50,375 nucleotides of DNA from a virus (Duplodnaviria; Caudoviricetes), in the IMG/VR virus record IMGVR_UViG_3300010376_000046, positions 1 through 50,375 of that record; one strand, 5' to 3'. The position numbers and the translations under genes are program-made. The notes beneath the pieces were generated by a model that searched no databases, had not been told where the DNA came from, and saw only the letters and a program-made list of their open reading frames with translations. Positions within the stretch are counted from its first letter, which is position 1. Each line of letters begins with the position of its first letter. Positions 1 to 8,000 of this stretch are shown here, piece by piece.

Positions 1-26
1 CGAACTCCGCGAACTTGGAGAATAAC

Positions 27-236
27 ATGTCTTGTCCTCGTTGCAGTTCTGATGATTTGTGGGATGATAACCTATGGTGGGGTTGCAACTACTGCGGTTG
101 GGCAATGGGGCCGGACGGACCAACAATGTTTTTTGCCAAGGACAAACCCGGGCTGGCACGGCACCTAAAAGATATACCAACTCCAATGAACATCATTCGC
201 GTCGTACCTGATGATAATAATTCGACTGATACTTAA
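27..236 (+). CDS. small Zn-ribbon-like hypothetical protein
   Basis: GGAG RBS before ATG 27; CPRC...CNYC motif. Confidence 0.55.
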   Translation: MSCPRCSSDDLWDDNLWWGCNYCGWAMGPDGPTMFFAKDKPGLARHLKDIPTPMNIIRVVPDDNNSTDT

Positions 237-417
237 TACAATCTGGGTTCTATGGAAGATACTTAAAGTCTCTGCTATCATACTCTTTCTAGGGGTGGTC
301 ATTTTCCTTGCATACGAGTACACAAAGTATGCACGGGATATACCACCCGGGAGCGAATGTGTATGCGGTTCGATGACACAGGGTTATTCTGGTCGGATTG
401 GAAGCCCCCGAAACTAA
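211..417 (+). CDS. small membrane protein (hypothetical)
   Basis: Hydrophobic N-terminal segment; fills the gap between neighbours but overlaps the polymerase start. Confidence 0.4.
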   Translation: MIIIRLILNTIWVLWKILKVSAIILFLGVVIFLAYEYTKYARDIPPGSECVCGSMTQGYSGRIGSPRN

Positions 418-2342
418 AGAAGGAAAAAGTACTCAGAACGCCGCCAGACCCAGTCTGGCTGCGGGATGACTACCTTCCGTACCTTGACGAGGCGCTAGAG
501 TTCAACCCACTGAAGTTTAGTGACTCTGATCTTATACAAGCCGCTCTGATGAAAGAGCGGTTGGTATGGGACATTGAGTCTTATCCCAATTACTGGTGTT
601 GCTGCTTCCTGTCTATCGACAGTGGACGTTGCATCTACTTTGAATCTACGGATGAAGAACCGTGGTTCAATAAAAGCAAGCTGGACTGGATTCTAAGAAA
701 CTTTCAATTGATCGACTTCAACGGGGAAAAATATGACCGACACATTGCAGCAATTGCAGTCAAATCTCGAACAGACTGTCGCGACTATTGGGACGCTACC
801 CGAAGAATTATTCAGTTCAATGAACCTGGATGGCTGGTTGGACGAGATTACGGAACACGCAAACTCACTATTAATCACATTGACTTGTATGAACTCACCC
901 CTCTTGCACCAAGCCTTAAAACGATGGCAGGACGGTTAGGTTCACCATTGATGATGGACCTCCCGTTCAAGCCGGGAACTGAACTTAGCTACGAGCAATC
1001 AAGAATTGTGTTCTGGTATTGCTTCAACGACCTTCGCAATACTTGGTTGCTCTATGCGGCGCATCAAGAGAATATTGAACTTCGCCAGTCGCTCGGGCCG
1101 CGCTACCAGTTGGATTTGCGGTCCAAGTCTGATGCACAAATGGCCGAGGCGATTTTCAGGAAAGAAACTTATAGACGCACTGGCCAGACTCCCAAGCCGC
1201 CAGACATTAGGCCGTTCAATCGTTTTCGATTCAGAATGCCAGACTGGATCAACTACATGACTCAGGACTTGCAATGGGTTCGCAGAGCAGTCGAAACAAC
1301 TGAATTCATCATTGGAGAAAACGGCTACATACAAATGCCGGAAGTTCTTGCTGATTTGGTCATTCCAATCGGCGGTGCCTCCTATAAAATGGGCATTGGT
1401 GGGTTGCATTCGCAAGAAGAATCGCAGTCAGTCGTTGCTAATTCGCAATACAGGCTTTTCGACTTCGATGTTCCTAGCTATTATCCCAAGCTCATTCTCG
1501 GCAGCGGCATGTACCCGCCGTCGATCGGACCAGTCTTTATACCTATCTACCAGTCGATTGTTGATGAACGGCTGGCGGCGAAAGCCAATCACTTCAAAGT
1601 CAAAGCAGACGCGTTAAAGATCGTAGTCAACGGTACGTTTGGTAAGACTCTCGATCCCTACTCCATCATGTATTATCCCGAACTCGGGATTCAAACCACA
1701 ATCAGTGGTCAATTGGCATTGCTGATGTTGATTGAACGCGTGACGCTTGCGGGCTTCAATGTGGTCAGCGCAAATACTGACGGGGTGACGATACGGTGTC
1801 CAGCCGAAGCTGAGCGCTTACTTCATCAAATCGTCAAAGGATGGGAGCAGGATAGCGGGCTAGAGTTAGAGCCTACTGAATATGCCGCACTCTATAGCCG
1901 CGACGTGAATAATTACATCGCCGTCAAAACAGACGGCACGACGAAGACAAAAGGAGTATTCGGCGAAGCCGGATTGAAGAAGAACCCACAAGTTGAGATA
2001 TGTTCCGACGCTGTGGTTGCCTATCTCACAAAAGGTATCCCACTCCATGTCACTATCAACGGATGTTTGGACATTAATAAGTTTGTTTCTGTGCGTAATG
2101 TCCGTGGCGGTTGTGCTAAGGTATTTCCTGCGCATACTGAATATATTGGGAAAGTCGCACGATGGGCATACTTTGAGGGAGAGACAGGAGAGATAATCAC
2201 TTGCAACAAAGGGCATCTGGTACCGACGACAGAAAACGCTAGACCAATGATGCGCTATGATGGCGGATTGCCAGCAGGGCTAGATTATGAGTTCTATCAT
2301 AGGGTGGCTACCGACCATTTGACTTCATTGGGACTGCAATAA
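357..2342 (+). CDS. DNA polymerase, family B-like (phage type)
   Basis: Exonuclease motifs WDIESY, FNGEKYD, YCFND; polymerase motifs DFDVPSYYP, LKIVVNGTFGK, SANTDG, RDVNNY. Start may be ATG 363. Confidence 0.9.
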   Translation: MCMRFDDTGLFWSDWKPPKLKKEKVLRTPPDPVWLRDDYLPYLDEALEFNPLKFSDSDLIQAALMKERLVWDIESYPNYWCCCFLSIDSGRCIYFESTDEEPWFNKSKLDWILRNFQLIDFNGEKYDRHIAAIAVKSRTDCRDYWDATRRIIQFNEPGWLVGRDYGTRKLTINHIDLYELTPLAPSLKTMAGRLGSPLMMDLPFKPGTELSYEQSRIVFWYCFNDLRNTWLLYAAHQENIELRQSLGPRYQLDLRSKSDAQMAEAIFRKETYRRTGQTPKPPDIRPFNRFRFRMPDWINYMTQDLQWVRRAVETTEFIIGENGYIQMPEVLADLVIPIGGASYKMGIGGLHSQEESQSVVANSQYRLFDFDVPSYYPKLILGSGMYPPSIGPVFIPIYQSIVDERLAAKANHFKVKADALKIVVNGTFGKTLDPYSIMYYPELGIQTTISGQLALLMLIERVTLAGFNVVSANTDGVTIRCPAEAERLLHQIVKGWEQDSGLELEPTEYAALYSRDVNNYIAVKTDGTTKTKGVFGEAGLKKNPQVEICSDAVVAYLTKGIPLHVTINGCLDINKFVSVRNVRGGCAKVFPAHTEYIGKVARWAYFEGETGEIITCNKGHLVPTTENARPMMRYDGGLPAGLDYEFYHRVATDHLTSLGLQ

Positions 2343-2357
2343 TCTACCAAAAAACAG

Positions 2358-2386
2358 ATGCAAACTAGATTATCCTGCTTTAAAAT
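2358..2386 (+). promoter_or_regulatory. sigma70-like promoter for the secreted-protein operon
   Basis: ATGCAA-17 nt-TAAAAT, followed by an ~85-nt hairpin-rich leader. Confidence 0.5.
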
Positions 2387-2477
2387 AGCTTCATTGGAAT
2401 TAATCAAGAGATTCCCCGCAAGGGAGTTCGCAAGCCGGGGGCGACAAACTCCGGCATCCTATAGGAGCAGCACAATC

Positions 2478-2837
2478 ATGAAGAAGACCATCCTTGCAGT
2501 AGCACTGGCACTGGGTACGGCATCGGCAATGGCAGCTTCGGCTGTCGGCGGTATCGCCGGTTCCACGTCGGGCGCAAACTCGGTCGCGGCAACGGGAGTC
2601 GTCGGCAACGGCGCAGCAATCGCTGGTACGACGAACGCGACGCAGGGCACCGCCACGGTCGTCTCGGTTGCCGGTACCTCGGGCAACGGCGGCGCAGCAG
2701 GTGTTCAGACGAACGCTGGCACGACGTCGACCGGTCTTTCGGTCGGCGCTCATACCGGTGGCGGTTTCGATCTGACGGGCGGTGCGGCCGGTTCGCAAGC
2801 GGGTTCGGCTGGCTTCGGCGCATTCCTCAAGTTCTAA
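2478..2837 (+). CDS. secreted Gly/Ala/Thr/Ser-rich protein P1 (119 aa)
   Basis: AGGAG RBS; Sec signal MKKTILAVALALGTASAMA; mature part has only 1 Asp, 1 Lys, 1 His; C-terminal Phe. Confidence 0.8.
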   Translation: MKKTILAVALALGTASAMAASAVGGIAGSTSGANSVAATGVVGNGAAIAGTTNATQGTATVVSVAGTSGNGGAAGVQTNAGTTSTGLSVGAHTGGGFDLTGGAAGSQAGSAGFGAFLKF

Positions 2838-2853
2838 GCTCCACGCGTCTCGG

Positions 2854-2873
2854 TACCGCCCTTCGGGGCGGTA
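2854..2873 (+). terminator. intergenic UUCG hairpin (weak terminator or mRNA stabiliser)
   Basis: TACCGCCC-TTCG-GGGCGGTA with only a short U tail. Confidence 0.55.
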
Positions 2874-2895
2874 TTGAACTTTAGGAGCAGCGACC

Positions 2896-3231
2896 ATGAA
2901 GAAAGCACTGATTGCAGCACTACTCTGTGTCGCAGCTTCGGCCCAAGCACAGAGCGTGACCACCATTGCCACGACTGGAGTTCTCGGAAGCGGGACTTCC
3001 ATCACTGGACAATCGGTCGCAGCGTTCGGTAATCAGACTCTCACTCTCAACGTTGGGGCTGGCGGTAACAGTCTCTCGTCGGTGAAGACGGGTCCGGGTC
3101 CGGGCGTGTCTCTCAGCAGCATGTCAACTAGTCTGTCTGTCGGGGCAACTCTCGGCGGCGGAGTAGGCGGCGCAGGAAGCACAGCGGGAAGTACCGCGGG
3201 GCTTGGCCTCTCGTTACCACCGGGGTTTTAA
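2896..3231 (+). CDS. secreted Gly/Ser/Thr-rich protein P2, paralogue of P1
   Basis: RBS context TAGGAGCAGC shared with P1; signal ending AQA; aligns to P1 by eye; C-terminal Phe. Confidence 0.8.
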   Translation: MKKALIAALLCVAASAQAQSVTTIATTGVLGSGTSITGQSVAAFGNQTLTLNVGAGGNSLSSVKTGPGPGVSLSSMSTSLSVGATLGGGVGGAGSTAGSTAGLGLSLPPGF

Positions 3232-3279
3232 GGACGGAGCCGCCCCACCAGGGGCGGTTATCTTATGAATGGGGTAAAC

Positions 3280-4239
3280 ATGAAAAAGACCATCGTATTG
3301 ACCACATTGGCACTGGCGACAATGACCGCCTTTGGCCAAACTGCTGATTCGGGTTCAAGCTCGAACTCGACTTCAGGATCGACTTCAGGAGCACTCGCAG
3401 TTGGCGGGGGCTTGAGCAACGCTACTCTGAACTCGACCATTGGCGGCAATCGCAATGCAAACGCCAATCGTAACACCAACACCAACACTGCACGTGGGGG
3501 CAATGGCGGGAACGCAGCCAATACTTCGAACGTGACTGTGAACCTCGGCAGCGCGGCTGGCGACCCGAGCGGCACCGGCGCGAATGCACAGCCAGTAGCA
3601 AACGCTCAAGATCCACTTGGTTCAGCGGGCAATCCGCAGACCATCCACGAGAACATCAAGTCTGTCGGAAACCCGGGCGCAATGTCGTTCGGCGTCTCAT
3701 TCTCACAATACAACTGCGCTAATACCGCGGGTGCAGGCGTGGGTTTTATGGGTGGTGTCGTCCAGCTAGGGGGCGGACTGGAGTCGGCACCATGCAATGC
3801 ACGGGCCAACGCTTCGGCATTTTTCCAGATCGCACAGACTCTTGCGCAATCGAATCCGCAACTTTCGGCGCAATTATTTCACGCCGCAATACTTTTGATT
3901 GGCAACTCGACGAAGGACACGCAGTCCGCGCTCGCGGCGGCTGGGGTTTCTGACTGGGCCGCGGTAACTGGTCCTGCCACATATCCCAAAGCAGACCCGA
4001 CGCCGATCGTACCACCGCCAGCAGACGTGGGCAAGATTGGACCAGCTATCAGTCAACCACAGGTAGTATCGACGCCCCTCGAATCGTTGCCGCAAGCGCA
4101 ACCTCTTAGGGTCGAACCGATGCCAGCACAGCCGGATAAGACAGCAAACGAACCGGCCCCTCAAGTGCTTATAAAAAGCACGCCCGAAGCTGACGCTATT
4201 ACGGCACACGCGGCAGCTATCGCAGCGGCACAGAAGTAA
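3280..4239 (+). CDS. secreted protein P3: Ser/Asn/Gly-rich N-terminus, two-Cys domain, Pro-rich tail
   Basis: Signal MKKTIVLTTLALATMTAFG; FSQYNCANTAGAGVGFMGGVVQLGGGLESAPCNAR domain; alternative start 3265. Confidence 0.8.
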   Translation: MKKTIVLTTLALATMTAFGQTADSGSSSNSTSGSTSGALAVGGGLSNATLNSTIGGNRNANANRNTNTNTARGGNGGNAANTSNVTVNLGSAAGDPSGTGANAQPVANAQDPLGSAGNPQTIHENIKSVGNPGAMSFGVSFSQYNCANTAGAGVGFMGGVVQLGGGLESAPCNARANASAFFQIAQTLAQSNPQLSAQLFHAAILLIGNSTKDTQSALAAAGVSDWAAVTGPATYPKADPTPIVPPPADVGKIGPAISQPQVVSTPLESLPQAQPLRVEPMPAQPDKTANEPAPQVLIKSTPEADAITAHAAAIAAAQK

Positions 4240-4261
4240 CTAGAATACGTGGTGGTCTTTA

Positions 4262-4321
4262 AGCGACCAACGATATACGCGCATCACTGACCCCGGAGAG
4301 CGCAAGTTGGTCGCTCTTTTT
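4262..4321 (+). terminator. rho-independent terminator with large loop
   Basis: AGCGACCAAC...GTTGGTCGCT stem followed by CTTTTT. Confidence 0.55.
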
Positions 4322-4334
4322 CGCGGAGTCCTGT

Positions 4335-4604
4335 ATGAGCAAAGGTACCCACATGGCAAGCCTCGGACCTTGTGCAATTGATACTGTGGCTATTCGTGAT
4401 TTTTCCTCGCGCCGCTTATCGCGCGAACAGCTTCAGTTCATTTGGAAGATATGCGGGCCATCCGCGGAACTGAACTTGTCTAGAAATCCTCTGTGGATAG
4501 CACTCTGCATGGCTTATATCGAAGGTCTACAGCATGGCTCAGAGCTTGCCAAGACCGCTGAGCAACACGGAGAGAACCCACAGGGCAAGGCCCAACGCGA
4601 TTAG
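4335..4604 (+). CDS. hypothetical protein
   Basis: GGAG RBS; 89-aa ORF whose 3' end overlaps a convergent gene. Confidence 0.5.
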   Translation: MSKGTHMASLGPCAIDTVAIRDFSSRRLSREQLQFIWKICGPSAELNLSRNPLWIALCMAYIEGLQHGSELAKTAEQHGENPQGKAQRD

Positions 4605-4691
4605 ATTAACGCGCGGAATGGGAACAGCAATAGCAGCAAGAATGAATACTACAAGCGCCGCTACCAGAAGAATCATACTGACGGTAATCAT
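4539..4691 (-). CDS. 50-aa two-TM membrane protein (holin-like candidate), not in ORF track
   Basis: AAGGAG RBS; MITVSMILLVAALVVFILAAIAVPIPRVNLIALGLALWVLSVLLSGLGKL; last gene of the late strand. Confidence 0.65.
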   Translation of the reverse strand: MITVSMILLVAALVVFILAAIAVPIPRVNLIALGLALWVLSVLLSGLGKL

Positions 4692-4701
4692 ACTTCACTC
4701 C

Positions 4702-4905
4702 TTAATGCAACAAATGCGGAGCATTCCCCACATGGGAATCGCTGGCGGGCTTGGCCCCTTGCGCCCGCTCTAACTTCCCGCTCAAATCCCCACCGGTATC
4801 ATTGAACCTATTGTTGTCCCCCTCCACGTAAACAAACGTGCAACTACTTGTGATGGTGATGATAATGATGGTGATGATGCTTGTGGTGATGATACGTCGA
4901 CGCAT
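4702..4905 (-). CDS. putative lipoprotein (67 aa) overlapping the His-rich peptide gene
   Basis: MRRR + Ile/Thr h-region + TSS-C22 (imperfect lipobox); its stop overlaps the RBS of the next gene. Confidence 0.5.
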   Translation of the reverse strand: MRRRIITTSIITIIIITITSSCTFVYVEGDNNRFNDTGGDLSGKLERAQGAKPASDSHVGNAPHLLH

Positions 4906-4963
4906 CAACAGCCCCACTCATAAGCAGCAAAAGGCCAGCCATCAATCCAGCAATCCACTTCAT
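4844..4963 (-). CDS. 39-aa exported poly-histidine peptide, not in ORF track
   Basis: AGGAGG RBS overlapping the fibre stop codon; MKWIAGLMAGLLLLMSGAVDA-STYHHHKHHHHHYHHHHK. Confidence 0.65.
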   Translation of the reverse strand: MKWIAGLMAGLLLLMSGAVDASTYHHHKHHHHHYHHHHK

Positions 4964-4971
4964 AAGACCTC

Positions 4972-6498
4972 CTAGTTATTAACAAGTTTAGCAACCATAG
5001 CTTCCAGTTTTGCAAGGCGTAGCTCCTGAGCTTGAATGATTGATACAAGATAAGGCACCAACCCGATGTAATCAAGTGATTGATATGCGGGTTCTGCTTT
5101 ACCATCCACATTCGGCTGCATTGCATCCTTTTCGCCATATACCAACTCAGGAACGCTTTCAGCCGCTTCATGAGCTAATAACCCAGTACGTCGTATTTTG
5201 TTCTCTTGATCCTTCCGAATAAACGTGACTGGACGCAGTGCCATAATCGCCTTGAGTGCGTCCTTTACTACCACATTCTTTACTTTGTCCTTCAATCGGT
5301 AATCGCTTGCTTGCGTCCAGCTACCTGCATAAGTACCCACGCCGCCTTGATAGAATTGGAAATTGGGCGAAGTGTCGCTACCAATAAGAAAACCCACTAT
5401 CGGCGCAGAACTGGTTGTACCACCTTCATAGCCACCAATCATCGCCAGATGCCGACCGCCCCAACGCGTCCAGCGTATACCGATATAGGCTGACTGGTAA
5501 TTTGGACAAGAAACGCTATATGCAGCAGTTTGATTTTGCCACGCGTTCCACGAAGTACCGATATCCCCGTTCGTAACAAAAACGCCCGTTCCCGTCCCAA
5601 CTACTGCAGATTGAACATTACCGCGAGCCGTTATATTACCGTTGTCTGCTACAGTAAAATTAACAGCAGTGTTCGCGCTGTTGACCATTTCAAATGCGGG
5701 TATTCCATTGTTCGCCCGCATGTACACCACATAGCCCTGCGATGCCAGATAGAACGCCGGACTCATCTGTGCGCCACTGCTAGTATTGCCAACATATTGC
5801 GCACCTGAAACTTGCAGAATATTCTTTATATTGACTTGACCGTTTGAACGGGAAATCGTCAACGGCGAATCAAGCCATGTTCCAGAGTCATTCCACCGAT
5901 CAATCGAAAAATCTGATCCGCTGTTGCTGCTTTCTGCCGTCTGGTTCGCGCCGACTGCCCAACGATATACACCACTTGACTGCCAGTAGATGCCGCGATA
6001 GTTGCCAGCCGTGCCATTCAGCACCATGGTGGCCGCTGGAAATGCAATGACGGGTTGGCTCTGGAATGTGCCAACACCGCTTACCGTCAATGTGCCATTG
6101 ACCGTATGGGCACCACTGGTCAATGCTCCAACGGTCGCCGCGCCGCTCGACAGCGTTCCCCGAATGGTCGTGTTGCCCGCATCGTTGCAACTGATGTTCC
6201 ATGCACTGCCAGCCTTGTTGATGAAACCGAATACATCATTAACGCTGTCATAGGCAATATGTGGTCCTGTCGTACCTGCGCCCGCGCCATAGTTGAAATA
6301 CAATGTGGGTACAGTCGGTGCCTGGAGGTTGATGTTCTGCGCCTTCAAGTTGGTAGTCGCTGTGACATTCGCCGCGGTGATGGCACCCGTAACCGTGAGA
6401 GCACCACCAGCCGTAACAGACCCCGGCGTCGATACATTGCCTGACGTGTCACACGTCACCTGTTCGCTGAGGTTGACTAGATTCTGTGCTTGAGTCAT
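4972..6498 (-). CDS. tail fibre with C-terminal intramolecular chaperone (peptidase S74-like)
   Basis: Beta-rich repeats; SDYRLK cleavage motif, GLLAHE, DYIGLVPYLVSIIQ coiled coil. Confidence 0.85.
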   Translation of the reverse strand: MTQAQNLVNLSEQVTCDTSGNVSTPGSVTAGGALTVTGAITAANVTATTNLKAQNINLQAPTVPTLYFNYGAGAGTTGPHIAYDSVNDVFGFINKAGSAWNISCNDAGNTTIRGTLSSGAATVGALTSGAHTVNGTLTVSGVGTFQSQPVIAFPAATMVLNGTAGNYRGIYWQSSGVYRWAVGANQTAESSNSGSDFSIDRWNDSGTWLDSPLTISRSNGQVNIKNILQVSGAQYVGNTSSGAQMSPAFYLASQGYVVYMRANNGIPAFEMVNSANTAVNFTVADNGNITARGNVQSAVVGTGTGVFVTNGDIGTSWNAWQNQTAAYSVSCPNYQSAYIGIRWTRWGGRHLAMIGGYEGGTTSSAPIVGFLIGSDTSPNFQFYQGGVGTYAGSWTQASDYRLKDKVKNVVVKDALKAIMALRPVTFIRKDQENKIRRTGLLAHEAAESVPELVYGEKDAMQPNVDGKAEPAYQSLDYIGLVPYLVSIIQAQELRLAKLEAMVAKLVNN

Positions 6499-8000
6499 TT
6501 CAGTCTAGCCTCCAGTTCAACCACGCGAGCCGACAACTCTTTAATCGCTGCGAGCGCAAGCGGAATCAAATCCTGATACCGCAAACCAAGGGTGCCATCT
6601 TCAAGTGTATCTACTGCTTCCGGTAATACTTTCTGAACATCCTGTGCAATCACCCCAATCTTCACTCGTTCGGGGTACTTAGGATCAGCATTCTTTGCGA
6701 ATGAACTGTTTGCTTTCCACAGATATTTAACTGTCCGCAGTGTACCGATTGCATCGACTGCGCCAGTCAAATCTGACTGGATATCCTTCAGCGTCTCATC
6801 AGAGTTTGCGCCCCACGCAGTTGCACCCCACGACAGGAACACACCCTGCCCGCTGGCGTTATAGACGCAGAAGGCGTTAGTCGAGTCCGGTCCATTGGCC
6901 CAGTAGTTACCAGCTTGCCCATTCGACAGCTTAGTTGGAATAACTGAACTGCCACTAGTGATATAAAGTGGGGCTGCTGTAAGATTGTATTGTGTTCCGT
7001 CATAGTACAAATACTTACCATTGCCAGTCGGGCCAAAGTAAATCACACCATTGTTAGTATTGCCACCCCAACCTTGGATAATGACTCCACCGGCTTGAGA
7101 CAGTATGGTACCGCGTGCTGTCAGATTACCGGCAGCATCGCTGACGCTCATGTTCCACTGGTTGCCAGCCGCATTGATGATACCCATACCCAATGTGGCA
7201 TCACTGCTGACATAGCCCATACTCGCAGAGCCGTCAGACTTCTGGAAATTCATGTTGTTGCGGCAGATTATCTGTCCGATAGACAAAGTGGTACCGGCAA
7301 CTGTCAGTCCTCCGCTGATTGTCGCACCCGCACGGGTCCAGAATGCACCCGCATCAGTGATTGACATATTGACTGCGGTATTTGCACTGTTCACCCACTC
7401 CATAGAAGTATTGGTGCTGTTCGAGCGAATGTAGGGTGCATAAGTACCCGTCTGGATAATCAAGCCCTGTGGCGTTCCTGCTGGCTGGCTGATGGTCAAC
7501 GGACCTGTCATGGTATCGCCAGCTTTGGCAACTTTGGTATTGGCACTAGTTTGAACCGCATCCACATACTGCTTAGGCGCAGCACCCAACGCATTAGTCG
7601 GATTGCCAGACAGAATCAGCAAACCCGTCATCGTACCGCCAATCATCGGCACTGCGCCAATGTTTGCTAGAGCCGTTGCTGCATTAGCCACATCGGACAG
7701 ATTGTTGGCTTTCGACAGATAGAGATTCGGATTGATCGAAACTGCTTGCCCCGGTGCCCATACCAGGACTCGATACTGCGTGTTCAATGGCATCGGCGTG
7801 GTAAGCTTAATACTCATCCCATCGCTGTCATCATAATCCTTGTTTGCGCCAGTGCCTGAAAGCATGGCACCGCCTACCCACACATCGGCATAGCTAGGCA
7901 CAAAGCCACCGGGTATCCCAATGGACGTCTGATTGGTAGTCGCTGCACCCTCGACGGTAACTCGAGTGGTAGTCAGTAGTGGGTCGCCAGTCATGTACAT
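6495..8000 (-). CDS. tail fibre with C-terminal intramolecular chaperone
   Basis: LSKANNLSDV and GGTMTG..PT..A..KQYVD motifs; SDETLK, GVIAQDV, YQDLIPLALAAIKEL. Confidence 0.85.
   Translation of the reverse strand: MYMTGDPLLTTTRVTVEGAATTNQTSIGIPGGFVPSYADVWVGGAMLSGTGANKDYDDSDGMSIKLTTPMPLNTQYRVLVWAPGQAVSINPNLYLSKANNLSDVANAATALANIGAVPMIGGTMTGLLILSGNPTNALGAAPKQYVDAVQTSANTKVAKAGDTMTGPLTISQPAGTPQGLIIQTGTYAPYIRSNSTNTSMEWVNSANTAVNMSITDAGAFWTRAGATISGGLTVAGTTLSIGQIICRNNMNFQKSDGSASMGYVSSDATLGMGIINAAGNQWNMSVSDAAGNLTARGTILSQAGGVIIQGWGGNTNNGVIYFGPTGNGKYLYYDGTQYNLTAAPLYITSGSSVIPTKLSNGQAGNYWANGPDSTNAFCVYNASGQGVFLSWGATAWGANSDETLKDIQSDLTGAVDAIGTLRTVKYLWKANSSFAKNADPKYPERVKIGVIAQDVQKVLPEAVDTLEDGTLGLRYQDLIPLALAAIKELSARVVELEARLK

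Noticed and set aside
2358-2477. N-terminal extension of the 159-aa ORF in the track
   Set aside because: This stretch holds the promoter and leader; the RBS and signal peptide indicate a start at 2478
4240-4335. tRNA or riboswitch after P3
   Set aside because: No cloverleaf or T-loop consensus; a single long stem with a T tail fits a terminator
4702-4843. Structured ncRNA in the apparent gap after the His peptide
   Set aside because: Short hairpins exist, but the region is better explained by the lipoprotein-like ORF
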